64,000 bases of DNA, from contig MELF01000023.1 in the NCBI GenBank assembly GCA_001767525.1, positions 4,682 through 68,681 on the forward strand, given 5' to 3'. The stretch is from Acidobacteria bacterium RIFCSPLOWO2_12_FULL_68_19. Its GTDB lineage: Bacteria > Acidobacteriota > Vicinamibacteria > Vicinamibacterales > UBA2999. Shown piece by piece: positions 8,637 to 16,742 of this stretch (position 1 is the stretch's first letter; every line of letters starts with the position of its first letter). A model generated the notes under the pieces. The model did no database searches. It saw nothing but the letters and a program-made list of their open reading frames with translations, and was not told where the DNA came from. The position numbers and the translations under genes were made by a program.

Positions 8637-8888
8637 CTATCCATTCACATTTCCTCCGAGCTCAGGCCCCGTCTCCCCCAGGTCTCCAAGATTCCTGCAG
8701 GACGAGGGCTGATCCAGCAGCCGAATCGCACCGTCCAGCGCTGCCGGACTCAGGTGCATGTACCGCTGTGTCATGCCGAGCTCACCGTCGCAGACGCTGA
8801 TGACGTCGAGCACACGTTCGAGTTCCGATCGATGGTCGTGCCCACAGGTCACGCCCTGTATGCGCGAGAGCGCGTGCCTGAGGGGCAA
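8637..8888 (-). pseudogene. tyrosine-recombinase (integrase) C-terminal remnant
   Basis: GHDHRSELERVLDVISVCDGELGMTQRYMHLSPAALDGAIRLLD resembles the box II region (H.LRH ... LGH....T..Y.HL) that carries the catalytic Tyr. There is no room for the remaining roughly 300 aa. It lies directly after an att-like repeat. Confidence 0.45.
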
Positions 8889-9230
8889 GAGGGCTACGAG
8901 TTCTCCGTCCTCGGCGACTTCGACGCCAACGCGTGGGACCTATTCAGGTTGCTGTACGACCGGATTCAGCACGGACTCGCCGTCCGCCACGTGGAACGAG
9001 GCGAGCTCGGCTGGCGGATCACGGACGCACGTCATCTCGTCGGCCGCATCACGTGGGATCCTGACCGCGCCGGGGAGGTTCCGCTGTTGGTCATCGACGG
9101 CCGACCCTTCACCTGGGATCAGGTGGGCCGGATGTTGATGTCCTTCGAGGGCTTCACGCTTCGGGCGTTCGTGGACGACAGCATCGAGGTCATCGGAGGC
9201 CCACTTCTGGACGAAGAGGGGAAAGTCTGA
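8754..9230 (+). CDS. hypothetical protein
   Basis: GYEFSVLGDFDANAWDLFRLLYDRIQHGL...LVGRITWDPDRAGEVPLLVIDGRPFTWDQVGRMLMSFEGFTLRAFVDD looks protein-like. The N-terminal about 26 codons overlap the integrase remnant on the other strand, so ATG 8832 is the more likely start. Confidence 0.45.
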   Translation: MHVPLCHAELTVADADDVEHTFEFRSMVVPTGHALYARERVPEGQEGYEFSVLGDFDANAWDLFRLLYDRIQHGLAVRHVERGELGWRITDARHLVGRITWDPDRAGEVPLLVIDGRPFTWDQVGRMLMSFEGFTLRAFVDDSIEVIGGPLLDEEGKV

Positions 9231-9296
9231 ATCGGGAATCCTTTCCGCTTGATTCTCGTCTGGCGACGATGACATCGTCGTCGTGCGGAATCGGAT

Positions 9297-9944
9297 ATGG
9301 ACGCGCGAAGAACGAAAGGGTCGCTTGCTTCAAGGATCACTACGTCGCCGGGCATCCCTGACTCTGTCCATCAGCTCGCTGTCGACCACTCCGAGCGCGA
9401 CTCGGTATTGCTGGACGCGGTGCGTCGGAGCGGCTGGTTCGACGTGCGGATGGCACGTCTGGCTACCGGCGATTACTTGGTGAACGGCGAAGTGCTGGTC
9501 GAGCGAAAGACCATTCGTGACCTGGTCGCCTCGCTCGTTGACGGTCGCCTGTTTCCGCAAGTGGCACGATTGGCTCACAGCCCACACCGATCGCTGCTCC
9601 TGATCGAAGGTCCGACGCCTTTCTCGCTGCCGGACGTGCATCACCACTCGGTGGAAGGAGCACTCGTTTCGATCGCCGCCATGTGGCGGCTTCCCGTGCT
9701 GCAATCATCCGACTCGGAACAATCGACCCGCATGCTGCGGTTCCTGGCGGAGCAGGTGCGCGGACCACAGGAGCGAATCCTGCGGCGATTCGACAGGAAG
9801 CCGAAACGTCTTGCGTCGAGGCGGCTTTTCCTGCTGCAGGGGCTGCCAGGAGTGGGACCCGCGCTCGCACACCGGCTCCTCTGCCACTTCGGTTCAATCG
9901 AGCGGATCGTCACCGTGGACGCCGCCACACTGGCCGAGGTGTGA
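9297..9944 (+). CDS. ERCC4/XPF-type nuclease, copy 2, ended by an in-frame TGA before the last HhH
   Basis: Paralog of 6774-7412 (RMARLATGDYLVNGEVLVERKTIRDLVASLVDGRLFPQVARLAHS...LLQGLPGVGPALAHRLLCHFG). TGA at 9942-9944 sits where copy 1 has CGA (Arg). The homologous GIGARTAARIRELV continues in frame up to 10049. Confidence 0.7.
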   Translation: MDARRTKGSLASRITTSPGIPDSVHQLAVDHSERDSVLLDAVRRSGWFDVRMARLATGDYLVNGEVLVERKTIRDLVASLVDGRLFPQVARLAHSPHRSLLLIEGPTPFSLPDVHHHSVEGALVSIAAMWRLPVLQSSDSEQSTRMLRFLAEQVRGPQERILRRFDRKPKRLASRRLFLLQGLPGVGPALAHRLLCHFGSIERIVTVDAATLAEV

Positions 9945-10306
9945 GGCATCGGCGCAAGAACGGCGGCGCGTATTCGAGAGCTCGTTGGCAGTCCATCTCC
10001 GGGCGGCTCTATCCACCACCTCGCACAGGAGGACCAAACACGCGGCTGACGAACGTCGAGCGGAGACCACATAGCGATGCGAAAGAAACCAGTCGGCACC
10101 AGAAAACCGAAGGCGCTTCGCGAGCGTGTCGAGGCTCTGAGGAGAGCCGGCGTGATCGCGTGGAGCGGACGGCGGCTGCGACCAGCGAAGCCCGCGGGGC
10201 AAGGTCCGTGGCATCAGGACTATCGCCGACGTGCTTGTCGAGAACCGCGAGTAACGGTGTCTTCAACGCGAGTGCTTCGGTTAGCCGTCGTCCTGGAGGA
10301 GGTCCA

Positions 10307-10816
10307 TCACGAGCGATCTGTCGATGTCGCATTCGCTGGTTCTGCGCCTTCTCCCACGTGCGCGAGCGATTCGCGAATCAGAGCGGGTGCGATGCGGAAG
10401 CCCTCCGCGACGAGCGCGTCAAGCACGGGCTTGAGTGCAGGGAGCAATGCCCGTCGTCGCGCGTGAACGAGCACGCCGAGTGTTCCCCGCACGGCGAGAC
10501 CACGCGCCTGTGCCACCTTCCGGCCCACTCGCTCGTCGATCAGAAGGAGATCGGCCCGAAGAGATTCGGCGACGAGTATCGCCGCGGTCTCTCCTGGATC
10601 CAGCCCAAGGTCTGACTGTGGCGAGGGCTCATCGACGACACGCAACCATCGCGCATGGCGGAGCGCGTCAACGCCAGGCGCGGACGGACGCCGTTCCACG
10701 GCTTCATCCCACACCGCTCTTGGCACCACGACGTCCTCAAAGAGCGCTGGAAGGAGGTGAAGGGCTCCGACCCGCGAGAGATAGATCAGGGGCGAGCTGT
10801 CTGCGACGACCAGCAC
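10307..10816 (-). CDS. DUF3368 PIN-like toxin
   Basis: MLVVADSSPLIYLSRVGALHLLPALFEDVVVPRAVWDE...DPGETAAILVAESLRADLLLIDERVGRKVAQARGLAVRGTLGVLV is the typical DUF3368/COG2405 pattern. It lies downstream of a UPF0175 partner. Confidence 0.8.
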   Translation of the reverse strand: MLVVADSSPLIYLSRVGALHLLPALFEDVVVPRAVWDEAVERRPSAPGVDALRHARWLRVVDEPSPQSDLGLDPGETAAILVAESLRADLLLIDERVGRKVAQARGLAVRGTLGVLVHARRRALLPALKPVLDALVAEGFRIAPALIRESLAHVGEGAEPANATSTDRS

Positions 10817-10822
10817 GCGGCC

Positions 10823-11077
10823 TCAGCGCTGGCTCTTCGGAATGGCTCCGAGCTCTTGCCTGAACTCTTCGACGTCGTGATCGATGGCGTAGAGGCCGTG
10901 CCGGCCGGCCTCGATGAGGAAGTCGTCGAGCGTCATGTCGAGTGCGCGTGCCGCGGAGGCACGAGTCAATCGGCCGGCTCGTACTTCGTCGATGACCAGG
11001 AGAAGACGCGCGCGCCTGGCCAATTCGTCGGTCGGCTGCTCAGAGAGCGGGCCCGGAATCTCGACTGTGATCTCCAT
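10823..11077 (-). CDS. UPF0175-family antitoxin
   Basis: MEITVEIPGPLSEQPTDELARRARLLLVIDEVRAGRLTRASAARALDMTLDDFLIEAGRHGL fits the UPF0175/COG2886 pattern. Start taken at internal ATG 11077, not the track start 11272. Confidence 0.75.
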   Translation of the reverse strand: MEITVEIPGPLSEQPTDELARRARLLLVIDEVRAGRLTRASAARALDMTLDDFLIEAGRHGLYAIDHDVEEFRQELGAIPKSQR

Positions 11078-11280
11078 GGAACTTCTCATTCCGATTGTAG
11101 CCGTACCATCCGCTCCCAGCGGCATCCTGAAGCGAGGCTGCACAGAGCGACAGGGCCTGAGACACAATGAGACATTTTGTGCGTGAACAAAGCAGAACGG
11201 AGGGGAGCCTACCGAAGCGATAACGTCGAAAACTGGAACAAGACAGAGCGGGGCGGCACGGGCCGCACCCATTCACCGCT

Positions 11281-11324
11281 CTCTGGACCACGTTATCGGG
11301 GTTCGAATCCCTGCCTCCCAGCCA
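11281..11324 (+). repeat. exact copy of tRNA-Gln 3-prime half (att-like)
   Basis: 44/44 nt identical to 6363-6406 (anticodon loop through CCA). Upstream sequence cannot form the anticodon stem or 5-prime half. Confidence 0.9.
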
Positions 11325-11616
11325 AGTTCGAACCCCGGGTCGCACACCGACAGAACATCAATCATTTCGAACACTTCCACGCTCGAATACATGCAGTCGG
11401 ACTGGGAACGTCAAACCGATCTTGGACACTTTGGCGACTAAGAACTCAGCCAATTGTCGAAATTCCTAATGTTGTCGCCGGGCCGGTCCGCTTCAGCACT
11501 CGCGAGAATTGACCCGCGTCTGCTCGCCGAGAATGGACCACTCGCAGCAGGCTCGCATCGTGTATCTGGGGCTGACGTGCGTGCATGCTATCGTATCGAA
11601 TCTGTCAGGAGGCGCT

Positions 11617-12402
11617 GTGCGCTACGCCGAGTTCCGTGATCGACTCGAAGATGCGCTTCAGGAGGCGGGGCTCTTCTTCCAAGGCGCTGATCGGCACGTC
11701 GAGACGATTGACCTCGCGCACGCCGCACGGAGCTGGAAGGTTCATCTCTTCGGAGCGGCACTTCCGAGCGCAGATCCCTTCCACGTTTCGGCGGAGATCG
11801 GTTTTGAGTGGAGTCCCGTCGATGCGGCTCGCGCGTACACCACCGAAGAAGACCTCCTCACGGAACTCGTGGGCAGGAGGCGGCGACCGATCAGGACGGA
11901 GCGCAGGTGGACACGGATAGACCTTTCGCTTCACGCGAGCCTCCCGTACGGTTCGACGACGTCGATGCCGGACTCCCGCGTTCTCGGCTCGTGGACGGCT
12001 TCTGTTGTAGAGAAGGCTGATGCTGCCTTCACCGACATCGAGGAGAAGAAAGGGCGCGTCGTGGCCGTCCTCGGCGGGCACGGGGACGTCGAAGTGCACG
12101 CGCACTGCAAACCTGACGGCGTCATTTCGCTGAGGGCGGTGGCCATCTCCGGCTTCCGCTTGGTTCGTGTGCCCCGGGTCTGGGACGATCCCGAGCGCCG
12201 CGAGGCCGAGAGGGACCTCGCCGACCTTGGTGGACTGGCGCGGAGGCTCAAGACCGCACTCGATGAGTGGACGAGGAGTGTCTCGGAACTCGCGACCTGG
12301 ATCCGGTACTCGCCGCCGCCACCGGAAGCGAAACCAGCCGAACCGTGGGTCGAGGATCAATCCGAGGACGACAATGACAGCGGGCCGGAGACGACGCACT
12401 GA
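11617..12402 (+). CDS. hypothetical protein (261 aa), convergent with SWIM-SNF2 helicase
   Basis: GTG at 11617 preceded by AGGAGG (11607-11612). Sequence includes VRYAEFRDRLEDALQEAGLFF and an acidic, Pro-rich C-terminus. No family recognised. Confidence 0.5.
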   Translation: MRYAEFRDRLEDALQEAGLFFQGADRHVETIDLAHAARSWKVHLFGAALPSADPFHVSAEIGFEWSPVDAARAYTTEEDLLTELVGRRRRPIRTERRWTRIDLSLHASLPYGSTTSMPDSRVLGSWTASVVEKADAAFTDIEEKKGRVVAVLGGHGDVEVHAHCKPDGVISLRAVAISGFRLVRVPRVWDDPERREAERDLADLGGLARRLKTALDEWTRSVSELATWIRYSPPPPEAKPAEPWVEDQSEDDNDSGPETTH

Positions 12403-12503
12403 CTGAGAGCGCGCCGATAGCGGCGTTGTTGCGCTGGTTCGCCGTGTGCGGCTGCCTCGATGAAGCGGCGCGACAGTTTCTCTGCGCGATCGATCTTGCT
12501 CAA

Positions 12504-15263
12504 CTACGCGTTCGGTCGAACGCGCCGAGTGGGACCTCTTCCGGTGGCCGGCGGTGTGGCGGCGGCCTGGAGCAGCTGCGCCATCCCGGAGAAGAGCGCT
12601 CCCAACGTCGACGCGGCTTCAGGCGGCGCCTCGATGACCAATCCGCCGCTGGCGGTACGTCGCACGGTCACGCCGGCCACGAGACGCTGGATGGCGGCAG
12701 CCGAATCCGCTGGCTCGGGCGCGTTGGCGATTGTGGCGAGCGCCACGTCATGCGACTCGTCCCCTGCCGCCACAACCGCCTCGATCTCGCGCTCGGCACC
12801 ATCGTTCTCGGCCACGCTGACATCCTCAGCGCGGCTCGGCGCGGGCGAGATCGCCGGCACGACGATACGCTCGATGCGGGAGAGAAAACTTCCGGAGCGC
12901 TCGAAGACCACCGCGTCGGTCGTCCCGTCGAACAGTCCAGTGAAGAGCGCCTGCTTGGACCCGACGAGCTCGGCGATCCGTGACTCGATTCCCGGCTCGC
13001 TCACCAGGTTGTAGACGTCAATCGGGCGGCGCTGTCCGAGACGGTAGATCCGGCCGATGCGCTGCTCGAGCACGGCGGGATTCCAGGGAAGCTCGATGTT
13101 GATGCAGGCGCTCGCGGCGCGTTGCAGGTTGAGGCCGACGCCGCCGGCGTCGGTTGCGAAGAGCACGCGGCAGGCGGGGTCGTCGTGGAAGTCGACGATG
13201 TTCTGCGTGCGCCGCTTCTGGCCCTCCTCGCCGGTGAAGAACGCCGGTCTGACGCCCTCTCGCGAGAGCTGGTCGCGCGTCGCCCAGTGCGCGAGTCGGA
13301 GCATCCGCCGCCACTGGCTGAACACCACCACCTTGCGCCCTTCGGTCAGCGCGAGCTGACCGATCAGCTCACGCAGTTCCACCAGTTTCGGGCTCGCCAG
13401 TCCCCGAAGCGTGGAGTCGGTGGGCCGCTCGATCCGCGACAGGTCGGGCCAGACCTGTTCGAAGCGCAGCTGGGCCAGGCCGTTGGCGATGATGCGCTGC
13501 GTGGTGAGCAGCGTCATCAGACGGAGGAACTCCGCCTGCGTGAGCGGACGCCGCTTTGCGCGGCCGAGGATCTGCGCGATCGGCATGGTGAGCGCGTCGT
13601 GCTCGTCGATCTGCTCCGCGGTCATCTCGATGGGAATCCGCGTGTCGGTCCGCGCGGGCAGCTGCGAAAGCACCTCTCGCCGCACGCGCCGGACCATGCA
13701 CACGGCTAGACGGGTCCGCAGCGTCTCGAGGTTCCGGGCGCCGCTGATCTCCGTTGTTCCATCCACGGGCGTGGTGTGCCACGCGGCCAGGCGCCATTTC
13801 GGCTCCAGCGCCAGGTCGTCGACCCACTCGACAATCGACGCGAGCTCGTCGAGCCGGTTCTCCATCGGTGTGCCGGTCAGCACGAGACGGTACGGTGGAT
13901 CCAGGCGCTTCACGGTCAGCGCGGTCTTCGTCGCCCAGTTCTTGATCCGCTGGGCCTCGTCGAGCACTACGATGTCGGGCGCCCATTCGCGAACGACGTC
14001 GATGTCGCGAATGAGCTGCTCGTAGTTGCCCAGGAGGAATCCGCGCCGACACGCCTCGAACGCCGCGCAGCGCTGGGAGGGTGTCCCCTCGACGACGGTG
14101 GCCGGAGCGTCGGTGAAGGCCTGCCACTCACGAAGCCACTGCGGCTTGAGCGCGGCGGGGACAACGATGAGGCCACGGCGGACGCGGCCAGCATGCCAAA
14201 GAGCGTGGCAGGCGGCAATCGCCTGCGCGGTCTTGCCGAGACCCATATCGTCGGCAAGGAGCAGGCGTCCCCGCACGAAGAACCGGTCAACGCCGTCGCG
14301 CTGATAGGGATAGAGCGATTGCTTGAGGGTGTGCAGCGCGCGGTGCAGGCGCGTCCGGGTGCTCGCGGTCTGCACCTGACGCGCGAGCCGCACGCGCTCT
14401 TGCTGCAGCAGTGCGTGCAGTGCCGGCTCGCTGTTGCCGTCGCTGAGCACGCCGAGCAACCGATCCACGAGCGTCCGCCGCTGCTGCAGCCCTTCGGGAA
14501 TCGCGGCGGTCCAGCCACGTCCCTTCGTTGAGCGCAGCCAGCGCCGCAGACCGCGATCGGGCACACCGTCGACCCAGCGCACGCGCGCCAGCCAGTGGCC
14601 AAGGCCGGTCAGCGGGCGGACGGGATCCCACCGCAACGGTGCCGGCGCGGGAGCCTCCTCGCGTTCGATATCCACCCGACGCCGCTTCGAGACCACGTCC
14701 TCGAGGACGGCGACGAGGTGCTTGCACAGCCCGAGCGAGTTCCGGAGGAAATCGGCGCAGTCGCAACTGCCGTCGAGCGGCTCGATCCGACGGAGGAGCG
14801 TGCGGTACGGGCGTGCGCGCGACCCACGGCGCCTGGTCGCGTACAGACCCAGCAGCCGGCTCCGTGGACGTCCGACGATCTGAATCTCGTCCACGTGAGT
14901 GGACGCGCAGCGGCGAAGCACCGCCTCGAGCGCGTCGCGCTGGATGGGCCAGTCGCCTCCCTGCGTGACCGACAGGACGTGGCGCACGATGCGCTCGGCC
15001 GGCACGCCGCCCGTTCGCCGGCGCGCGCGCGCGAGCAGCGTCTGGTAGGCCTCGCTCTCGGTGATGGCGATCGTCTCGGGCTGAGATGAACGACTCTGCA
15101 TATCTTCCCCGTTGTCGGAAGTTGGGATCGGTGTCGGCGAGTCGACGTATTCTTCCACAGACGCGATAAACGGAGCTGGGACGTCGTTTTGAACTCCGAT
15201 ATCGACGGTGCGAGGTGGCCGCATGGCGAAGAAGCGTCGAGCACAGGCCGTGGGCATGAACAA
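12504..15263 (-). CDS. SNF2-family helicase with N-terminal SWIM zinc finger
   Basis: SWIM motif CDCADFLRNSLGLCKH. Helicase motifs LLADDMGLGKTAQAIA (I), VLDEAQRIKN (II), LTGTPMENRLDEL (III), LFATDAGGVGLNLQ (V), ELPWNPAVLEQRIGRIYRLGQ (VI). The N-terminal boundary is uncertain (see the frameshift finding); ATG at 15101 is an alternative start. Confidence 0.85.
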   Translation of the reverse strand: MFMPTACARRFFAMRPPRTVDIGVQNDVPAPFIASVEEYVDSPTPIPTSDNGEDMQSRSSQPETIAITESEAYQTLLARARRRTGGVPAERIVRHVLSVTQGGDWPIQRDALEAVLRRCASTHVDEIQIVGRPRSRLLGLYATRRRGSRARPYRTLLRRIEPLDGSCDCADFLRNSLGLCKHLVAVLEDVVSKRRRVDIEREEAPAPAPLRWDPVRPLTGLGHWLARVRWVDGVPDRGLRRWLRSTKGRGWTAAIPEGLQQRRTLVDRLLGVLSDGNSEPALHALLQQERVRLARQVQTASTRTRLHRALHTLKQSLYPYQRDGVDRFFVRGRLLLADDMGLGKTAQAIAACHALWHAGRVRRGLIVVPAALKPQWLREWQAFTDAPATVVEGTPSQRCAAFEACRRGFLLGNYEQLIRDIDVVREWAPDIVVLDEAQRIKNWATKTALTVKRLDPPYRLVLTGTPMENRLDELASIVEWVDDLALEPKWRLAAWHTTPVDGTTEISGARNLETLRTRLAVCMVRRVRREVLSQLPARTDTRIPIEMTAEQIDEHDALTMPIAQILGRAKRRPLTQAEFLRLMTLLTTQRIIANGLAQLRFEQVWPDLSRIERPTDSTLRGLASPKLVELRELIGQLALTEGRKVVVFSQWRRMLRLAHWATRDQLSREGVRPAFFTGEEGQKRRTQNIVDFHDDPACRVLFATDAGGVGLNLQRAASACINIELPWNPAVLEQRIGRIYRLGQRRPIDVYNLVSEPGIESRIAELVGSKQALFTGLFDGTTDAVVFERSGSFLSRIERIVVPAISPAPSRAEDVSVAENDGAEREIEAVVAAGDESHDVALATIANAPEPADSAAAIQRLVAGVTVRRTASGGLVIEAPPEAASTLGALFSGMAQLLQAAATPPATGRGPTRRVRPNA

Positions 15264-15264
15264 C

Positions 15265-15429
15265 GACGGACAAGCGGGTCGCTGCGTTGACCGGCAGCAC
15301 GACGCCCTGAGGTTTGCTGAAGAGGACGGTGGCGTAACAATCGCCGAGGGTGGTTGTTGACGTCACCTCACACGGTGTGCTGTGACCGAGCCGATCGAGG
15401 AGCTTACGAGTGCGGCGTACGACGACCAT
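15265..15429 (-). pseudogene. DUF6933-like leader ORF in a different frame from, and abutting, the SNF2 ORF
   Basis: MVVVRRTRKLLDRLGHSTPCEVTSTTTLGDCYATVLFSKPQGVVLPVNAATRLSV resembles the DUF6933 N-terminus as I remember it (..KLL..LG....STT.LGDWYA......q.lvL.v...trL.vv.P). After about 15265 this frame becomes Arg-rich nonsense, while the similarity seems to continue in the SNF2 frame (MPTACARRFFAM...VPAPFIASVEEYV). Confidence 0.4.
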
Positions 15430-15601
15430 GGGTCACTCGTCCCCGTTGGTCGGGGCGCACCGGACCGGCCGCTGCGCCCTCAGGCGTCGGGGCTGGCGGG
15501 CGTTCCATGCAGGCGTCAGCGTCCGAGCGCGCAGTAGCCCCGGCAACTTCGTGATCTCGATGTTGCAAACTACGGCACCTTGCGATGCGCCGTCAGGCGC
15601 G

Positions 15602-15898
15602 TCAGCGGTCGATTCTCGATCGCCAGTAATCGGGGCGGCGGCTTTGATGGGCGAGGACCTCGACGCGCACCACATCGGGCGGCAGGCTGTAGATCAGCGA
15701 GAACGGGAAGCGCTGGAGACCATACTTGCGTAGATCGGCGTCGACGGAGATTCCAATCTCTGGATGCGCCAGCAGAATGTCGAGCGCCCGTCGAACATCC
15801 GCGCCGAAACGCTGGCCGAGGCCAGAGACCTGATGCTCGTAGTATGCCGCCGCCTCAATGAATTCCAACTCCGCTTCCGGGTGGAATTCAAGTCTCAT
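15602..15898 (-). CDS. ParE/RelE-family type II toxin
   Basis: 98 aa. MRLEFHPEAELEFIEAAAYYEHQVSGLGQRF...RFPFSLIYSLPPDVVRVEVLAHQSRRPDYW is the plasmid-stabilisation ParE-like pattern. A 4-nt overlap joins it to the upstream antitoxin. Confidence 0.8.
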   Translation of the reverse strand: MRLEFHPEAELEFIEAAAYYEHQVSGLGQRFGADVRRALDILLAHPEIGISVDADLRKYGLQRFPFSLIYSLPPDVVRVEVLAHQSRRPDYWRSRIDR

Positions 15899-16128
15899 CG
15901 ATTCAAGCGCGCGCGAAGGTTTTCGAAGACACGGTCGCCCGAAACGGGCTGGACCTTCCCGTCAATAACCTCGCGGTGTCGCCGTTGGGCCTCGTCGATC
16001 CACGCCAGCTCAACGTCGGCCTCGACTGGTCCGTCGAGTTCGGCAAGCAGTGCGCGAATGAGGCCCGTCCTGTCGTCCGAGTCCAACGATCGGATCTGTG
16101 CTTCCAGTTCGGCAACAACTCTCGACAT
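15895..16128 (-). CDS. addiction-module antitoxin (putative addiction module component type)
   Basis: 77 aa. VAELEAQIRSLDSDDRTGLIRALLAELDGP...AWIDEAQRRHREVIDGKVQPVSGDRVFENLRARL is typical of the small helical antitoxins paired with ParE/RelE toxins. Confidence 0.7.
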   Translation of the reverse strand: MSRVVAELEAQIRSLDSDDRTGLIRALLAELDGPVEADVELAWIDEAQRRHREVIDGKVQPVSGDRVFENLRARLNR

Positions 16129-16468
16129 GTCACCTCCGTACAGCCAGCGTTGGCCGTCTCCATATTCTACAGCCGTGACCCACGGTGGCAGATTGACCGT
16201 CCCCCTGGCATTCCGGCCGTGCGCCCATCGGCTTGATCTACTCCTTGTGGGAGACGTTCCGAGTGCACTCCGGAGATTCCCTTCGATGAAACTCGGGGAA
16301 GCCCTTTACGTCGAGTGTCATTTCGAGTGTCATTGCGCTGGCAAAATACGAAAACGGACGCGAACGGACGAAAGCCGACGACAGAAGGCGAAAACGCTAA
16401 ATCGCTGGCTTCTCGCGAGTTCCAGCGACACGGCCCATGTCTATTGGTGTTTCGTGAGGTTGGCTCGG

Positions 16469-16489
16469 CGAATCCCTGCCTCCCAGCCA
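16469..16489 (+). repeat. short copy of tRNA-Gln 3-prime end (last 21 nt)
   Basis: CGAATCCCTGCCTCCCAGCCA is identical to 6386-6406. Upstream sequence diverges. Confidence 0.6.
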
Positions 16490-16742
16490 AATACGCCTCT
16501 GACTGTCAGTCATTTAGTCGCGGGTGATCGCGCCATCCCCGATTACGTGGTCTGCGAACACATTCTGAACGTTTCACGGCTGCGTTGGTAAACGTCACCA
16601 CGAAGTTGCTGGACGTCAAGGAGTTGGACGGTTCCGTCACGACGGTCCGATTGAGTAGGGACCTCGAGCTCTTGACGAAAAGTTGACGAGCTGGCCGCTA
16701 TGACTGCGTCCGTACGCGGTCCGGTCAGTCCCTCCGGTATTC

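Noticed and set aside
9950-10306. Remnants of the two small cassette genes downstream of ERCC4 copy 2, including the 10077 ORF starting MRKKPVGTRKPKALRERVEAL.
   Set aside because: I could see no similarity to the 137-aa or 121-aa proteins of islet 1. The ORF quickly becomes Arg-rich, so it is left unannotated.
14287-15429. 380-aa ORF overlapping the SNF2 gene in another frame.
   Set aside because: Only the first roughly 55 codons look protein-like (DUF6933-like). The rest is Arg/Ala-rich shadow of the helicase frame.
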